DNA from: Terrimicrobiaceae bacterium
Lineage (GTDB): Bacteria; Verrucomicrobiota; Verrucomicrobiia; Chthoniobacterales; Terrimicrobiaceae
Assembly: GCA_041752695.1 (NCBI GenBank)
Contig: JBGSVZ010000125.1
Coordinates: forward strand, 1-36,680
DNA: 36,680 nucleotides
Reading direction: 5' to 3'
Numbering within the stretch: the first letter of the stretch is position 1; each line of letters begins with the position of its first letter. This document shows, one piece after another, positions 34,876 through 36,680 of this stretch. The notes under the pieces were generated by a model. That model made no database searches and had not been told where the DNA came from. It saw only the letters and a program-made list of their open reading frames with translations. A program made the position numbers and the translations under genes.

Positions 34876-35835
34876 TCAACAAATGCGGCCACGCTTGCCG
34901 GCTACGGCATGCGCAATCGGATTCGGGCCAATCCAACGTTCGTCTGCCGGTTCGCTGGCCCGTTGATATCGGGTGTCGCTCGAGAGCCTGATCCGGTCGG
35001 TTGTGTTGTCCAATGATCCGTGGATCATTTGCATGTTGAAGGTCAGAAGGTCACCCATGCGCCATTCGCGGGCAGTCAGCCAACGGGTTTGAAATTTTTC
35101 TGGCAAGGTGTCGCTACGGTCGGAGAGCCAGCCTTGGTGGGTCCATTTTCCGGCTTTGGCAAGTGCGGCGTCCCTGGGGCGATTTTCGCAATAGGAGTCC
35201 ACGTCGACGTTGAGGTAGTTTTTGATCCGAGCGGCTTGAAGGTGCGATTTTTCGAGAATCATCAGTCCGCCGACTTCGAGAGGAACATCCCCGTAGGGAA
35301 TCCAGCAGGTGAGCAAATTCGGGGTGCCCCGGCTCATGTAGACCCAGTCGGAATGGGCGGGCGTGCCGAGACCCGGGCCGATGGCGCGGAGCCACTTGAA
35401 GTCAAAAGCGCGCACGGCCTCGCCAAAGAACCTTTTGTAGAGGCCGAAAATTTCCGGGCCAAAGACCACCCGGTCGATGGCTTCGTTATTTTCCGACAAT
35501 TCCGGTTTGAATGCAGTGCGTTTTTCGGGGTCGGGATGGGCGATGCCATCTATAGGAGCGCGGTCAGGGTGCAAAAAACCCTGCTCGGCCAGGCGGTTCG
35601 TTAGGGAAGCGCGGGCGGCCACGATCAATTCACGATCAAAAAACCCCGGCAAATACAAATACCCTTCCAGTTTCATGCGCCGCTGCAACTCCGTGGAGTC
35701 ATTTAACGCGTCGGTTGAAGGCGAAAGAAATCCGAAACGTCCGGCGGAGATATTGAGGGCATGGCCGCGGGCGGTGAGTCGGGGAAGTTCGGAGGAATTC
35801 TGAGTTTGAAGGGGAGGGGAGGGCAGTTGGATCAT
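34876..35835 (-). CDS. Phytanoyl-CoA dioxygenase (PhyH) family Fe/2-oxoglutarate oxygenase
   Basis: EGYLYLPGF, PAHSD (HxD), TCWIPYGD..GGL, IHGS, RLSSDTRY. Confidence 0.9.
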   Translation of the reverse strand: MIQLPSPPLQTQNSSELPRLTARGHALNISAGRFGFLSPSTDALNDSTELQRRMKLEGYLYLPGFFDRELIVAARASLTNRLAEQGFLHPDRAPIDGIAHPDPEKRTAFKPELSENNEAIDRVVFGPEIFGLYKRFFGEAVRAFDFKWLRAIGPGLGTPAHSDWVYMSRGTPNLLTCWIPYGDVPLEVGGLMILEKSHLQAARIKNYLNVDVDSYCENRPRDAALAKAGKWTHQGWLSDRSDTLPEKFQTRWLTAREWRMGDLLTFNMQMIHGSLDNTTDRIRLSSDTRYQRASEPADERWIGPNPIAHAVAGKRGRIC

Positions 35836-35923
35836 CGGAAATGTCGTTTTTGGGAAGTTATCACAAAGGATACGCTTGGAATATGGTTGGATTGGCAAAT
35901 CGCTTGTGTATTTTGGTAGTGCG

Positions 35924-36680
35924 ATGGCCAAACGTTCTCCCAGTCTTGTCTTCCGTGCGGTGGATACCGAGCCGACTTCGGTGGGGCGAATCATCGAAGC
36001 CGCTCATTTGAGCCAGGGAGGCGGAACCGGTTGGGATAATCCCCGGCGATACCCGACACGGGCCGCCGTGCTTCTCGAACAGGGTGGGGGGATTTTTCGG
36101 GATACCCGCGGTTTTGAGGCGGAAGTGCGAGCTGGAGATCTGTTGCTGATTCACCCCCGGATCGGTCATGTTTATGGGCCCCGGGCCGGGGAATTCTGGG
36201 ACGAGTGGTATGTGAGTTTTGAGGGCCCGGTTTTCGACGCCCTCGAAACGTGCGGAGTGCTCGATGTGGGCCGTCCCGTCTGGCGCTTGGACGATCTTCC
36301 AACTTGGTCGGCTCGTTTCAAAACCATCTTTCCGGCCTCCGGCCGTTCCGTGGAAGCGTCGGAGCAGGTCGGGGCTTTGGCGGCCTGGCTGATTTCCGCC
36401 TCTTTGCATGCCAATACACTGGCCATGCCGGAGGCCGCTCGCGATGCGGTCTGGCTGGACCGCGCCAAACAAAGGTTGGCGACCCCTGGAGCCGCTTGCG
36501 GCGATCTACCCGCCGTGGCCCGGTATTGTGGACTTGGGTATGAGACGTTCCGCAAAAAGTTCGTGACCCTCACCGGAGAAAGTCCGGCGCGTTACCGGCG
36601 GCGGATGTTGATCTTACGTGCGCAAAGCTTGATGCGGGAGCGTGATTTGCCCGACCGCGCCATTGCGGCGGCCTTGGGCT
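35924..36680 (+). CDS. AraC-family transcriptional regulator, truncated by the window end (not in the ORF track)
   Basis: Manual translation: MAKRSPSLVF..AGDLLLIHPRIGHVYGP..WDEWYVSFEG..VARYCGLGYETFRKKFVTLTGESPARYRRRMLILRAQSLM..IAAALG; divergent from the PhyH gene. Confidence 0.9.
   Translation, partial: MAKRSPSLVFRAVDTEPTSVGRIIEAAHLSQGGGTGWDNPRRYPTRAAVLLEQGGGIFRDTRGFEAEVRAGDLLLIHPRIGHVYGPRAGEFWDEWYVSFEGPVFDALETCGVLDVGRPVWRLDDLPTWSARFKTIFPASGRSVEASEQVGALAAWLISASLHANTLAMPEAARDAVWLDRAKQRLATPGAACGDLPAVARYCGLGYETFRKKFVTLTGESPARYRRRMLILRAQSLMRERDLPDRAIAAALG

Larger units (their letters stand above)
23050..36680. mobile_element. Integrative conjugative element / genomic island (partly deleted), tRNA-integrated; right end not seen in the window
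   Basis: att fragment, tyrosine integrase, HTH excisionase-like gene, VirB2/3/4/9/10-like genes, AbiE TA and defence cargo. Membership of genes beyond ~34.4 kb is inferred from the absence of the second att/tRNA. Confidence 0.8.

Overview
GC-rich bacterial window, probably Verrucomicrobiota (inferred from gene style, REP types and integrase motifs; not verified). 1-22.9 kb is chromosomal backbone. It carries a tandem-domain serine hydrolase, avtA, a vapBC module, folP, a split Pta pair, hopanoid genes (hpnH, shc), an ECF sigma factor, a degenerate PncC/NadD-like protein, a small basic ORF missed by the ORF track, a cupin, a GAF-GGDEF cyclase, a NYN protein, an alpha/beta hydrolase, and a four-gene J-domain operon resembling Shewanella atcJABC. 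At 22.9-23.1 kb, two copies of a tRNA-His-like 3' end mark an attachment site. An integrative conjugative element follows and apparently runs past the right edge. It has a tyrosine integrase, AbiEi/AbiEii, a putative excisionase and VirB10/VirB9-like genes. A PLD-helicase gene and a VirB4-like gene are truncated against each other at ~31199, probably by a deletion. Then come VirB3/VirB2-like genes, an XRE regulator, a LytS/LytTR two-component system, a PhyH dioxygenase and an AraC regulator. The most notable unexplained structure is the ICE regulatory wiring: a shared TGTTCC-N6-GGAACA palindrome precedes both transfer operons, and a combined terminator/21-bp-period direct-repeat element sits between lytTR and the XRE-pilin operon.
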